Assembly (NCBI GenBank): GCA_013373125.1
Contig: JABXIK010000075.1
Coordinates: 11,845-75,844, forward strand
Direction of reading: 5' to 3'
Origin: Gammaproteobacteria bacterium
Lineage (GTDB): Bacteria > Pseudomonadota > Gammaproteobacteria > Pseudomonadales > Oceanobacteraceae
Length of the DNA: 64,000 nt
Below the pieces are notes generated by a model that ran no database searches, was not told the origin of the DNA, and saw nothing but the letters and a program-made list of their open reading frames with translations. Positions 20,381 to 27,508 of the stretch are shown here, one piece after another. How positions within the stretch are numbered: position 1 is the first letter of the stretch; every line of letters starts with the position of its first letter. Made by a program: the position numbers and the translations under genes.

Positions 20381-20518
20381 CAAGGCCAGGCAGGATGCTC
20401 CGGGCCTTCGGCCTTCCGCGGGATAGCGTACCTTGGGCACGTTTTGCGCGGGTCGCTGCGCTCCCAGTTTCGCGAAAAACGTGTACAAGGTAAGCTGCCC
20501 CTGCTGGCGGCGTTACAT
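20375..20518 (+). repeat. attC5 (144 bp, GC-rich)
   Basis: TTTTAAC...branched palindrome (TACCTTGGGCACGTTTT/AAAACGTGTACAAGGTA)...GTTACAT. Confidence 0.9.
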
Positions 20519-20533
20519 TTCTAAGGATATGCA

Positions 20534-21181
20534 GTGACCTCCGATTGGCAGGATTATATTAAGGCTAGAAAGAACGGCTTAAAAAAGCAGTGGAAAGCAC
20601 TGCTTGCAGAGAGGGTCAGTTATATTGATTCCCTTGATGCTGATAAACAAGCCGAATACTTGAATAACCTTTGCCATCATTACTTTGATCTCGGCGCGAC
20701 AGAAATTCCTATTCAGCATCCTGATATCTGGAACAAGATTCTTGAAGCTTGGAAAGTAGCTAATATTTGGGAGAATAGTATCTATCTTTTTTGGCTTGCA
20801 AAGGCATTAACTTCTACGACTGGAAGCTTCAAAGGTGCATATCTGCTATTAAATAAAGATCCTATAGATATATTGAGTAGAGTAATGGAGCTTGACTCAA
20901 ATAACTTTGAGGCAAAGAAAATCTTATTTAAGCAACACCTGCACACTTTAGATTTTGGTATGCATTCAATTGATACTGGAATGGTAATCGAAAAATATGT
21001 AGGTGATGAGGCAATCACGGAATGTGAAAAACTCATAAAAATTGAACCTAATTTAAAACATTGTAAATCTAGATTTGGTGGTGATTTCGAATACTACAAA
21101 AGCAGGTTTTTAGCTTGGTATGAATATTCGAAAGAAGATACAAAATTAGACTTCGATGATTGGTATAAACAAAAAATGTAA
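20534..21181 (+). CDS. Cassette 6: hypothetical cytoplasmic protein (215 aa, probably helical)
   Basis: GTG start 6 nt after AAGGA; stop within R'' ATGTAAC. Confidence 0.8.
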   Translation: MTSDWQDYIKARKNGLKKQWKALLAERVSYIDSLDADKQAEYLNNLCHHYFDLGATEIPIQHPDIWNKILEAWKVANIWENSIYLFWLAKALTSTTGSFKGAYLLLNKDPIDILSRVMELDSNNFEAKKILFKQHLHTLDFGMHSIDTGMVIEKYVGDEAITECEKLIKIEPNLKHCKSRFGGDFEYYKSRFLAWYEYSKEDTKLDFDDWYKQKM

Positions 21182-21247
21182 CAATACGTTGGTGTACGCC
21201 CCTTCGGGGCTGGACGGCTACGCCGCCCCACAACATTGGCGTTAGCG
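21176..21247 (+). repeat. attC6 (72 bp)
   Basis: ATGTAAC...GCCCCTTCGGGGC...GGCTACGCC...GTTAGCG. Confidence 0.92.
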
Positions 21248-21257
21248 AGTAGAACTA

Positions 21258-21677
21258 ATGAGAATGATTAGATATTTAATTGCAGTATTACTAGCTGCTT
21301 CATCTATTTGCTCCAAAGCTGAAGTATTTACACCCGTCGGTACTTTTAGTGACTTGAAATGTATTGAATCACAAGGTGATGTTCTTGGGGTTGAAATATC
21401 ATTTATCCCAGGCTTCAAAGATTCACGATATGAGTATTATGCTTTGGTTCAATTTGCGGAAGGTGTCGCAGCTAAACCAGAGTATGTACCTGTAAAAATG
21501 GTCAAGGATGAATTTTCATTTCTGGTTAATTATCTTGGATACTTTGATGTAACCGTTGAAGGTAAAATTTCAAGCGACCGCTTGATTGGTAAAATCAGCG
21601 CACCACTAAAACAAGAGATTGAATTGAAAAGACAAGTTAGCTTCTGGAATAGAGGTGGGTCTCAGTGTATTCGCTAA
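21258..21677 (+). CDS. Cassette 7: secreted hypothetical protein
   Basis: Signal peptide; stop within R'' CGCTAAC. Confidence 0.8.
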   Translation: MRMIRYLIAVLLAASSICSKAEVFTPVGTFSDLKCIESQGDVLGVEISFIPGFKDSRYEYYALVQFAEGVAAKPEYVPVKMVKDEFSFLVNYLGYFDVTVEGKISSDRLIGKISAPLKQEIELKRQVSFWNRGGSQCIR

Positions 21678-21747
21678 CAAAGCCAGCCAAAATCGCCAGC
21701 AAGCTGGCTGGACTCGTTTCACTCGCCATTGCTGGCAGGCGTTAGGT
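21672..21747 (+). repeat. attC7 (76 bp)
   Basis: CGCTAAC...GCCAGCAAGCTGGC...GTTAGGT; near-identical to attC12, similar to attC10. Confidence 0.93.
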
Positions 21748-21763
21748 TCATCAAGGAAGTCCA

Positions 21764-22564
21764 ATGCGAAGAAATCGAAATATAAGCAATATAATAGGTG
21801 GTGGACCTGCTTTAGATCTCGTTTCAACAGTTGAAAGATTTGTATATAGAACCCCTATAGATAGAAATGAAGAACTACATTTTGAAGAGTTAGATCAAGA
21901 TTTGCTTCAATATGCGCTTGATGCAGAACAAATATCTGAAAATACGGCCTTGCACAAGGTATTAAGTGATTTAGCGTACATTGACTTCTACTTATATCTT
22001 TATGATGACCTAGATTGGGTTAGTGAGTATACGGACTTTTCAGAGTATGCAATCACCATGTTTAAACATATGAATATAACTGTGCCTAGAGAGTTTAATA
22101 GAAAGTCAGCAGAAGGAATTATCGAGGCGAGAGACTTACATCGAGATTTATTTCTTTCCGGCCTGCAAACTTTTGTAAACTCAGCCTTTGCTCACTTATG
22201 GTATAGAAAAGCGTTCTTACATGATTTCAACGTTAGATTGGCAGAGAAGATCGCTCCTTTGTTAAAGTCCGACTTTCCATGTCTAGAGCAGGATGGAAGG
22301 CTGGCAAGGGCGCAGCATTTCAATAAATGGGTTCGTGATTTAATACTAAATCGAGAGGGCGGGCTTTGCCATTATTGTAGCCAGCCAGTAGCAATACCTT
22401 CGCTGCCCAACCAAACCTACGACATTGATCATATGGTTCCCATCGCACGAGGCGGAACAAATGACCCTACTAATTTGGTTTTATCATGTTCAAAATGCAA
22501 CAACAAAAAAAGAGCCAAGGTTCAATCAGTACCAGACACTTTTGCCTGGCCAGAGAGAACCTAA
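21764..22564 (+). CDS. Cassette 8: HNH endonuclease (C-terminal HNH domain)
   Basis: CHYC...DIDHMVPIARGGTNDPTNLVLSCSKCNNKK is a classic Zn-bound HNH motif. Confidence 0.9.
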   Translation: MRRNRNISNIIGGGPALDLVSTVERFVYRTPIDRNEELHFEELDQDLLQYALDAEQISENTALHKVLSDLAYIDFYLYLYDDLDWVSEYTDFSEYAITMFKHMNITVPREFNRKSAEGIIEARDLHRDLFLSGLQTFVNSAFAHLWYRKAFLHDFNVRLAEKIAPLLKSDFPCLEQDGRLARAQHFNKWVRDLILNREGGLCHYCSQPVAIPSLPNQTYDIDHMVPIARGGTNDPTNLVLSCSKCNNKKRAKVQSVPDTFAWPERT

Positions 22565-22618
22565 CAAATCAAAGCACTCGGACGCAGCAATGCTGCGCCG
22601 GTGTTTGAGGCGTTATAA
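22559..22618 (+). repeat. attC8 (60 bp)
   Basis: ACCTAAC...AAAGCACT/GGTGTTT...GTTATAA. Confidence 0.92.
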
Positions 22619-22624
22619 ATCAAC

Positions 22625-23053
22625 ATGAAAAAATTACTATTTTCTTTAATGTTTCTTTCACCTAGTTTGTATGCTTGTGAAATACCACTGGGTAAATATA
22701 TCGCGATTACAGAAACTGAGTATTCACTTGAGCTTGAACTTAAAGCTGATGGGCTTTACACGTTTTATCATAAAAATTGGCTCCCAGGAGGCCTTCATCA
22801 TGTTGGTGAAGAGCACATTTATAAAGGGTTATATGTCTGTACTGCTAATAAGCTTATTCTCGTTTACACAGACATAAGCGAAAAATTAATAGGCACATAT
22901 ATTGAGCGGTCTCTGAAAGATGAAGGTTTTCCTCTGGAGGTGGGGGAAACAAAAGTTTTAGATTTTACTGGGGCACCCGAAACAAAAAGTGTTGTCACTG
23001 GTTGGTACTATTGGCCGGAAAGCTATGTTCAAGAGGCTTCTGAAAATTTATAA
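22625..23053 (+). CDS. Cassette 9: secreted hypothetical protein
   Basis: Signal peptide MKKLLFSLMFLSPSLYA-C; stop within R''. Confidence 0.8.
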   Translation: MKKLLFSLMFLSPSLYACEIPLGKYIAITETEYSLELELKADGLYTFYHKNWLPGGLHHVGEEHIYKGLYVCTANKLILVYTDISEKLIGTYIERSLKDEGFPLEVGETKVLDFTGAPETKSVVTGWYYWPESYVQEASENL

Positions 23054-23176
23054 CAAAGCCATCATGCGTCGCCAGCAAGCTGGCTGGACAAATTTTCCTT
23101 CGTTTGTTTTGTGGCTTAACGCTACGCTACCACAAAACAATCAACTCCAAATTTGCCGCATATGGCGGCGTTATGA
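23048..23176 (+). repeat. attC9 (129 bp)
   Basis: TTATAAC...TTTGTTTTGTGG/CCACAAAACAA...GTTATGA. Confidence 0.92.
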
Positions 23177-23188
23177 GGCAGAGCTGAT

Positions 23189-23482
23189 TTGAAGCTTTTA
23201 TTTTACTTTATAAATATCGCTTTAATTTTAAGTGTGTTGGCTTGGCCATATGGCATATTAATCAGCACATTTATGTTTAGCGACCCAAGTATTACTTATA
23301 CAATTAGTCACGAAATTTTAGGTTATTGGATTATATTTTATCCCGCACTTGTCTATATCGGGAGCACTCGTTTTTTCAAAAAACGAAATATTGAACCCAT
23401 TTTAAAATTATCAGGATATACTGTCATTTCAGCCTTAGGACCTATTCCGTTTTTTATTTTGTATCTTTTAAATGTTCACTGA
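23189..23482 (+). CDS. Cassette 10: hypothetical membrane protein (about 3 TM)
   Basis: TTG start; hydrophobic segments. Confidence 0.7.
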   Translation: MKLLFYFINIALILSVLAWPYGILISTFMFSDPSITYTISHEILGYWIIFYPALVYIGSTRFFKKRNIEPILKLSGYTVISALGPIPFFILYLLNVH

Positions 23483-23516
23483 ATTTTCAGTGTACTCAGA
23501 AAATAGATTTTAAATC

Positions 23517-23590
23517 TCATAACAAAGCCAGCCAATTCGCCAGTAAGCTGGCTGGACACGTAAACTCGCCATTGCTGGCAGGCGTTAGGT
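23517..23590 (+). repeat. attC10 (74 bp)
   Basis: TCATAAC...GTTAGGT; same family as attC7 and attC12. Confidence 0.92.
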
Positions 23591-23595
23591 GAACA

Positions 23596-23898
23596 ATGGA
23601 TAATCAAGCAAAGGCGCTAGCCGCAATAAAGGAAGCTTCTGGCACGGAGTTAGGTGAATATAGTGTTGATGAATTTATTTCACACCATCTAGAGGAATTG
23701 CCAGCCGATTACTGGAAAAAGCATTTAGGTACAACCTCTCCGACTACTGAAAGTGTCATTGGGCTGCTTGTTTTACGCAGCAAGTGGGATGATTCTGAAG
23801 TATATGATTTTACTCTCCCCGAAGAGGTTACAGATTATGTTGTTAGCGTATCATTTGACGACGACGGTGAAATTGAAGATATAACAATGGAAAGTTAA
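23596..23898 (+). CDS. Cassette 11: small acidic protein, DUF2004-like
   Basis: C-terminal DFTLPEEVTDYVVSVSFDDDGEIEDITMES resembles DUF2004 as recalled from memory, not searched. Confidence 0.55.
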   Translation: MDNQAKALAAIKEASGTELGEYSVDEFISHHLEELPADYWKKHLGTTSPTTESVIGLLVLRSKWDDSEVYDFTLPEEVTDYVVSVSFDDDGEIEDITMES

Positions 23899-23902
23899 GT
23901 TC

Positions 23903-24003
23903 ACCTAACAAGTCATTTCAGCAGGACAAAAAACAGCTGGTTTTTGCTCGTGCCTCGCTAATTTTAACCAGCTATTTTGTTGCCTCTGAATGAGGCGTTA
24001 ATA
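23903..24003 (+). repeat. attC11 (101 bp)
   Basis: ACCTAAC...AGCTGGTT/AACCAGCT...GTTAATA. Confidence 0.92.
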
Positions 24004-24011
24004 GTATAAAT

Positions 24012-24437
24012 ATGATATTTACATTCCCTAAAAACGTAGCTTCAAAAGCTCAAAGTAATATCCGCTGGTTAATTTTAGTTTGGATTGTACTCTTGGGTTT
24101 CATGATAGGAACATCGCCAAAGGAACAAGGAGAGATGCCTAGTCTATTTAATGCTATATCATCAGCATTATTTAGCTTTTGGTTCTTTGTTTTATTTTCT
24201 ATAGTTATTGCCGTTTCATACTTTAAGGAAAAACCTGGAATCCCCGTGAGCTCTTTTTGGGTGCAAGTAACTAGCTCTAATTGGTACGTTAAGCTATCAA
24301 GTTCTAGCATTCTTTCATGGCTTAATAAGAAATGGAGTCAATTTGCGTATTTAATGTTTTTATTAGTATTCTACGCGATGGGTTTATTCGGATTATTTAC
24401 ACTTTTTTTCATTGTATATGGTTATTCAGAAATTTAA
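24012..24437 (+). CDS. Cassette 12: hypothetical membrane protein (about 3 TM)
   Basis: Hydrophobic segments; ORF fills the cassette. Confidence 0.75.
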   Translation: MIFTFPKNVASKAQSNIRWLILVWIVLLGFMIGTSPKEQGEMPSLFNAISSALFSFWFFVLFSIVIAVSYFKEKPGIPVSSFWVQVTSSNWYVKLSSSSILSWLNKKWSQFAYLMFLLVFYAMGLFGLFTLFFIVYGYSEI

Positions 24438-24448
24438 TTTCAAAGCAC

Positions 24449-24524
24449 TATTAACAAATCCAGCCAAAATCGCCAGCAAGCTGGCTGGACTCGTTTCACT
24501 CGCCTTTGCTGGCAAACGTTATTT
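24449..24524 (+). repeat. attC12 (76 bp)
   Basis: TATTAAC...GTTATTT; near-identical to attC7. Confidence 0.92.
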
Positions 24525-24533
24525 ATCGCGGTA

Positions 24534-25142
24534 ATGATACTCGTTAGGGTTATAGGTATGATTTATTTTCGATTTCTTCTTATTTTAGTTTTTTTTAGTG
24601 GTGTTGGTGCTTGTGCATATGGTCCAACTAATAATGTCGATTTTAATAATAAAATTAGTTTAAAAGATTTAGATGGCTCTTATGAGAATGAAATGGAAAC
24701 TACAGAAAATAACTTGAACCTATTTTCTGCATACATATGGCCATACCCCGAAAATCTACAATATAAAGAGCTTTTGGCTCTTTCAAATAAGCACAAAAAT
24801 ATAGATCTTATAAATATATCACTTTTAGGGTCTGAACTAATATTCGAAGCTATTGATAATAATTGTGTAATATTAAAGAAAAGTATCAATGTTCATTATC
24901 GATTTGAAAGTGGACAATTTAAATTAGAGTCAAGTTATAGCAATTGGAGTGAAGTTCATATAGGCCCAAAATTTAATAAGAAAACTATTGGATTGGATCT
25001 TAATGATTATGCCAAACTGAGAAGCTTAGACCGTGCTGGAGGGTTAGCATTTTGGGTTATTCCATTTGCAATATTCGAATCAAGAGATTATAGAATTAAA
25101 AGAGTTTCTGAAAAGCATTCATTCGCTGAGTGTAAAACTTAA
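24534..25142 (+). CDS. Cassette 13: putative lipoprotein
   Basis: Hydrophobic leader ending GVGA-C (lipobox-like); true start may be 24558. Confidence 0.72.
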   Translation: MILVRVIGMIYFRFLLILVFFSGVGACAYGPTNNVDFNNKISLKDLDGSYENEMETTENNLNLFSAYIWPYPENLQYKELLALSNKHKNIDLINISLLGSELIFEAIDNNCVILKKSINVHYRFESGQFKLESSYSNWSEVHIGPKFNKKTIGLDLNDYAKLRSLDRAGGLAFWVIPFAIFESRDYRIKRVSEKHSFAECKT

Positions 25143-25206
25143 ACTATTGGCATAAGTAATCGTTAATGTGTCAAGTACAAAAAGTACGCAGTATAAGCTT
25201 CAAACT

Positions 25207-25254
25207 AAATAACAAATCGTTCTTGCGGATGAACCGCAAAACTAGGCGTTAGGA
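25207..25254 (+). repeat. attC13, minimal 48-bp site
   Basis: AAATAAC-AAATC-GTTCTTGC-GGATGAACC-GCAAAAC-TAGGC-GTTAGGA. Confidence 0.9.
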
Positions 25255-25260
25255 ATACTT

Positions 25261-25602
25261 ATGTTGGATACTGAACGTTCAATATTAATTTGGTTTAGTG
25301 TTGCTATGATTCCCACTGTGATCTATTCAATAATTCAGATTGCCTTTTACAGTGGTTTAAAAAATAATTTCCCTAAGCAATGGGAGCACGCTGGCCGACC
25401 TACAATATGGTCTGACGGTAGCTGGGTCACTTCCGGTCATGTTATTGATTACCTGCGAAATGAAAAGTTTAGAGAAAGTAATGACACACTAGGTATGGAA
25501 TATTGTAGGAATAATAGAAAAGCTATGATTCTAAGTTATTGGCTATCTATATATTCATGTGGCGCATTCTTTATTTTTCTTCTTATTACTGCATATTGGT
25601 AA
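25261..25602 (+). CDS. Cassette 14: UspB-like two-TM membrane protein
   Basis: Size (113 aa), topology and the pattern LKNxxP...YL...KFR...D...C..NR...IL parallel E. coli UspB; aligned by eye. Confidence 0.55.
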   Translation: MLDTERSILIWFSVAMIPTVIYSIIQIAFYSGLKNNFPKQWEHAGRPTIWSDGSWVTSGHVIDYLRNEKFRESNDTLGMEYCRNNRKAMILSYWLSIYSCGAFFIFLLITAYW

Positions 25603-25615
25603 CACAAGTGGCTAC

Positions 25616-25699
25616 TCCTAGCAAAGCAAGGCACAACCGCACAGCGAGCTGTGCTGGACTCACTCATACTTCACTCGCCTGTGCTTGCGGGCGTTACAA
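25616..25699 (+). repeat. attC14 (84 bp) with mutated inverse core
   Basis: R'' reads TCCTAGC instead of TCCTAAC; R' is GTTACAA. Confidence 0.85.
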
Positions 25700-25705
25700 G
25701 GCACA

Positions 25706-25993
25706 ATGAAATTAAGAGCCTGAGTTCATTTGTTAACTTCATTTACCTTCATGTCTCTATTGGGGATGGAGTTTATAGCTTTTCTAATAGCTAACTTTTT
25801 CGACGGAGTATGGGTTTTAATTGTTGCGGGCCAATTGATACTTTTGACTTTAGCTGTATTTTGGATGCACAAAGTAACATCTATTAAATGTGTATCTTGT
25901 GGGAAGCCTTATGGAGTATTGATTGGTATAGAGTGCTGGCCATCCTTACCACCTAGGTGCCAAAGTTGTGGAAGTGATATGGATGCCTTGTAA
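25706..25993 (+). pseudogene. Cassette 15: membrane protein with C-terminal CxxC...CxxC; in-frame TGA at codon 6
   Basis: ATG AAA TTA AGA GCC TGA GTT CAT TTG... is in frame with the supplied ORF 25730-25993. Confidence 0.65.
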
Positions 25994-26058
25994 TAAAAAA
26001 ATGATCGCCCTAAGAGCTGGACTTCACTACGTTCGGCCCATTACTAAGGGCGCTACGA
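25988..26058 (+). repeat. attC15, degenerate terminal site (71 bp)
   Basis: R'' TTGTAAT (AAC to AAT) and R' GCTACGA (GTT to GCT); internal CACTACGTTCG module retained. Confidence 0.7.
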
Positions 26059-26066
26059 ATTAAAAC

Positions 26067-26312
26067 ATGCTTAAAAAACTAAACCAATTACTAGAATCCA
26101 TTCCATATCCGCTCTTACTGGTCATGAGTGTGTTTATGTTGATCGCGCCCATTCAGCCTGAGCCGCACTTAGTGCAAAAGTTTCATTGGTTGGTGAAGGG
26201 GTTACCGTTTAAGGCGATTGATGTGTTTGATGTGTTCTGGCACTTGTTGCCATTGTTTCTGTTAGGGTTGAAATTTTTCTTGGCTAGGCATTATCAACGG
26301 CCTCACTCTTAA
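26067..26312 (+). CDS. Small conserved-looking membrane protein
   Basis: PxxPEPHLxxK...IDVFDVFWH pattern; no downstream attC, so treated as chromosomal. Confidence 0.7.
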   Translation: MLKKLNQLLESIPYPLLLVMSVFMLIAPIQPEPHLVQKFHWLVKGLPFKAIDVFDVFWHLLPLFLLGLKFFLARHYQRPHS

Positions 26313-26324
26313 AGCGCGAGCGTA

Positions 26325-27347
26325 TTAACGTTCACGCTCACGAAATTCTCCGGGTGTCATACCCAGCCAGCTTTTAAAACTACGATGAAATGATCTTGGT
26401 TCGCTAAAACCTAAGCGCGCGGCAATGTCTTGAATAGAAAGTTCGCTGCTAATGAGTAAATGTTTGGCTTGTTCTTGGCGAACGTCATCTAAAATATTTT
26501 GGTAGCTGGTGTCATGCTGTTGCAGGCGACGTTGCATGGTGCGTTCTGACATGCCGAGACGTTTGGCCACCATTTCTTTTCGAGGGATGCCTTCTACTAA
26601 TAATCCCTTAATCACATTTTTGGTTTGCATGGGTAATGGCTGTTTGTCGCTGATGTTGGCCATTAATATGTCGGCGTGATTTTCTAGGGTTTTTAGCAGT
26701 TGTTCGTCGGGTTGGCGCATGGGTAGGGCCAGTAGTTTTTGATCAATGATCAAAGAGCTGTGGTCGCAGTTAAATTCCATGGGGCACTGAAACATGCTTT
26801 GAAATTGCAACATGGCATTGTGATCCGGTTGCGGAAATTCAAAATAGATTTTGCGGGGATTGCCGTTGGGTTTGTCGGTAAGAAAGCGGGCAAAGTTAAT
26901 CCACGAGCCCAGTACGTTGGCGATCATATGTGGGCGCACCGTTGGGTCTGGGTAGTGGCAGTGCCAACGCATTTCGATGGCGCCATCGTCTTGTGAGAGA
27001 ACTTCTGTGTGTCCCATGTCGCCCACTAAGCGCTCATAGGTGGGGGTGATCTTGATGGCTTCTTTAAGGCTTTTGCAATTCATTACCATGTAGCCTAAAA
27101 CACTGTAGGAGCCTGCTTGCACGTAGCGCGAGCTTTTTAAACCAAAGCAGGGGTCTTGTGTGGCGCGGGCTAGATAAGCCAGAACACGCTGAAACTCTTC
27201 GCCTGTGATGCGCTTTACATCATTATTTAAGACTTCCAAGCTCACGTCGTTTGCGTTGAGCACGTGGGCAGGGTCTAGCCCATAGTCGGCAGCGGCTTTT
27301 AGATATTGCAATATGGCCGGTGATGAAGCATAACCTAGGTGATTCAT
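26325..27347 (-). CDS. AraC-family regulator (long N-terminal ligand domain; GliR/PA3027-like)
   Basis: C-terminal double HTH (VAKRLGMSERTMQRRL...LGFSEPRSFHRSFKSWLGMTPGEFR); divergent from the AGPS operon. Confidence 0.92.
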   Translation of the reverse strand: MNHLGYASSPAILQYLKAAADYGLDPAHVLNANDVSLEVLNNDVKRITGEEFQRVLAYLARATQDPCFGLKSSRYVQAGSYSVLGYMVMNCKSLKEAIKITPTYERLVGDMGHTEVLSQDDGAIEMRWHCHYPDPTVRPHMIANVLGSWINFARFLTDKPNGNPRKIYFEFPQPDHNAMLQFQSMFQCPMEFNCDHSSLIIDQKLLALPMRQPDEQLLKTLENHADILMANISDKQPLPMQTKNVIKGLLVEGIPRKEMVAKRLGMSERTMQRRLQQHDTSYQNILDDVRQEQAKHLLISSELSIQDIAARLGFSEPRSFHRSFKSWLGMTPGEFRERER

Positions 27348-27508
27348 GGCGAATAAAGTTCTCTTATGATTATTCTGACTTTATTTGTACGGACGATGGC
27401 ATTTTATGACAGTGTATCCAAATGAGCCAACGTTATGATGGCTGCCATAATAACGTCAGATAAAATACGCGTCTATTTCTTACAAAAATAAATCTTTAGG
27501 AGTGGGTT

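Larger units (their letters stand above)
17510..26058 (+). mobile_element. Sedentary integron platform lacking an intact integrase: attI plus an array of 15 gene cassettes
   Basis: 15 attC palindromes; each cassette's R'' complements the upstream GTTRRRY (13 perfectly, 2 with one mismatch); all ORFs co-oriented, visibly more AT-rich than the flanks, many stops overlapping R''. Confidence 0.96.

Noticed and set aside
20529-20537. ATG-CAG-TGA minigene overlapping the start of cassette 6 as a regulatory uORF
   Set aside because: The AAGGA RBS is only 1 nt from that ATG but 6 nt from the GTG start, so it most likely serves the main ORF
18426-26058. CRISPR array interpretation of the recurring palindromes
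   Set aside because: The repeats vary in length and sequence (48-144 bp), are separated by whole ORFs and carry RYYYAAC/GTTRRRY ends, so they are attC sites; no cas genes are present
26067-26312. A 16th cassette
   Set aside because: No attC follows it, it abuts the convergent AraC gene, and it looks like a conserved chromosomal small membrane protein
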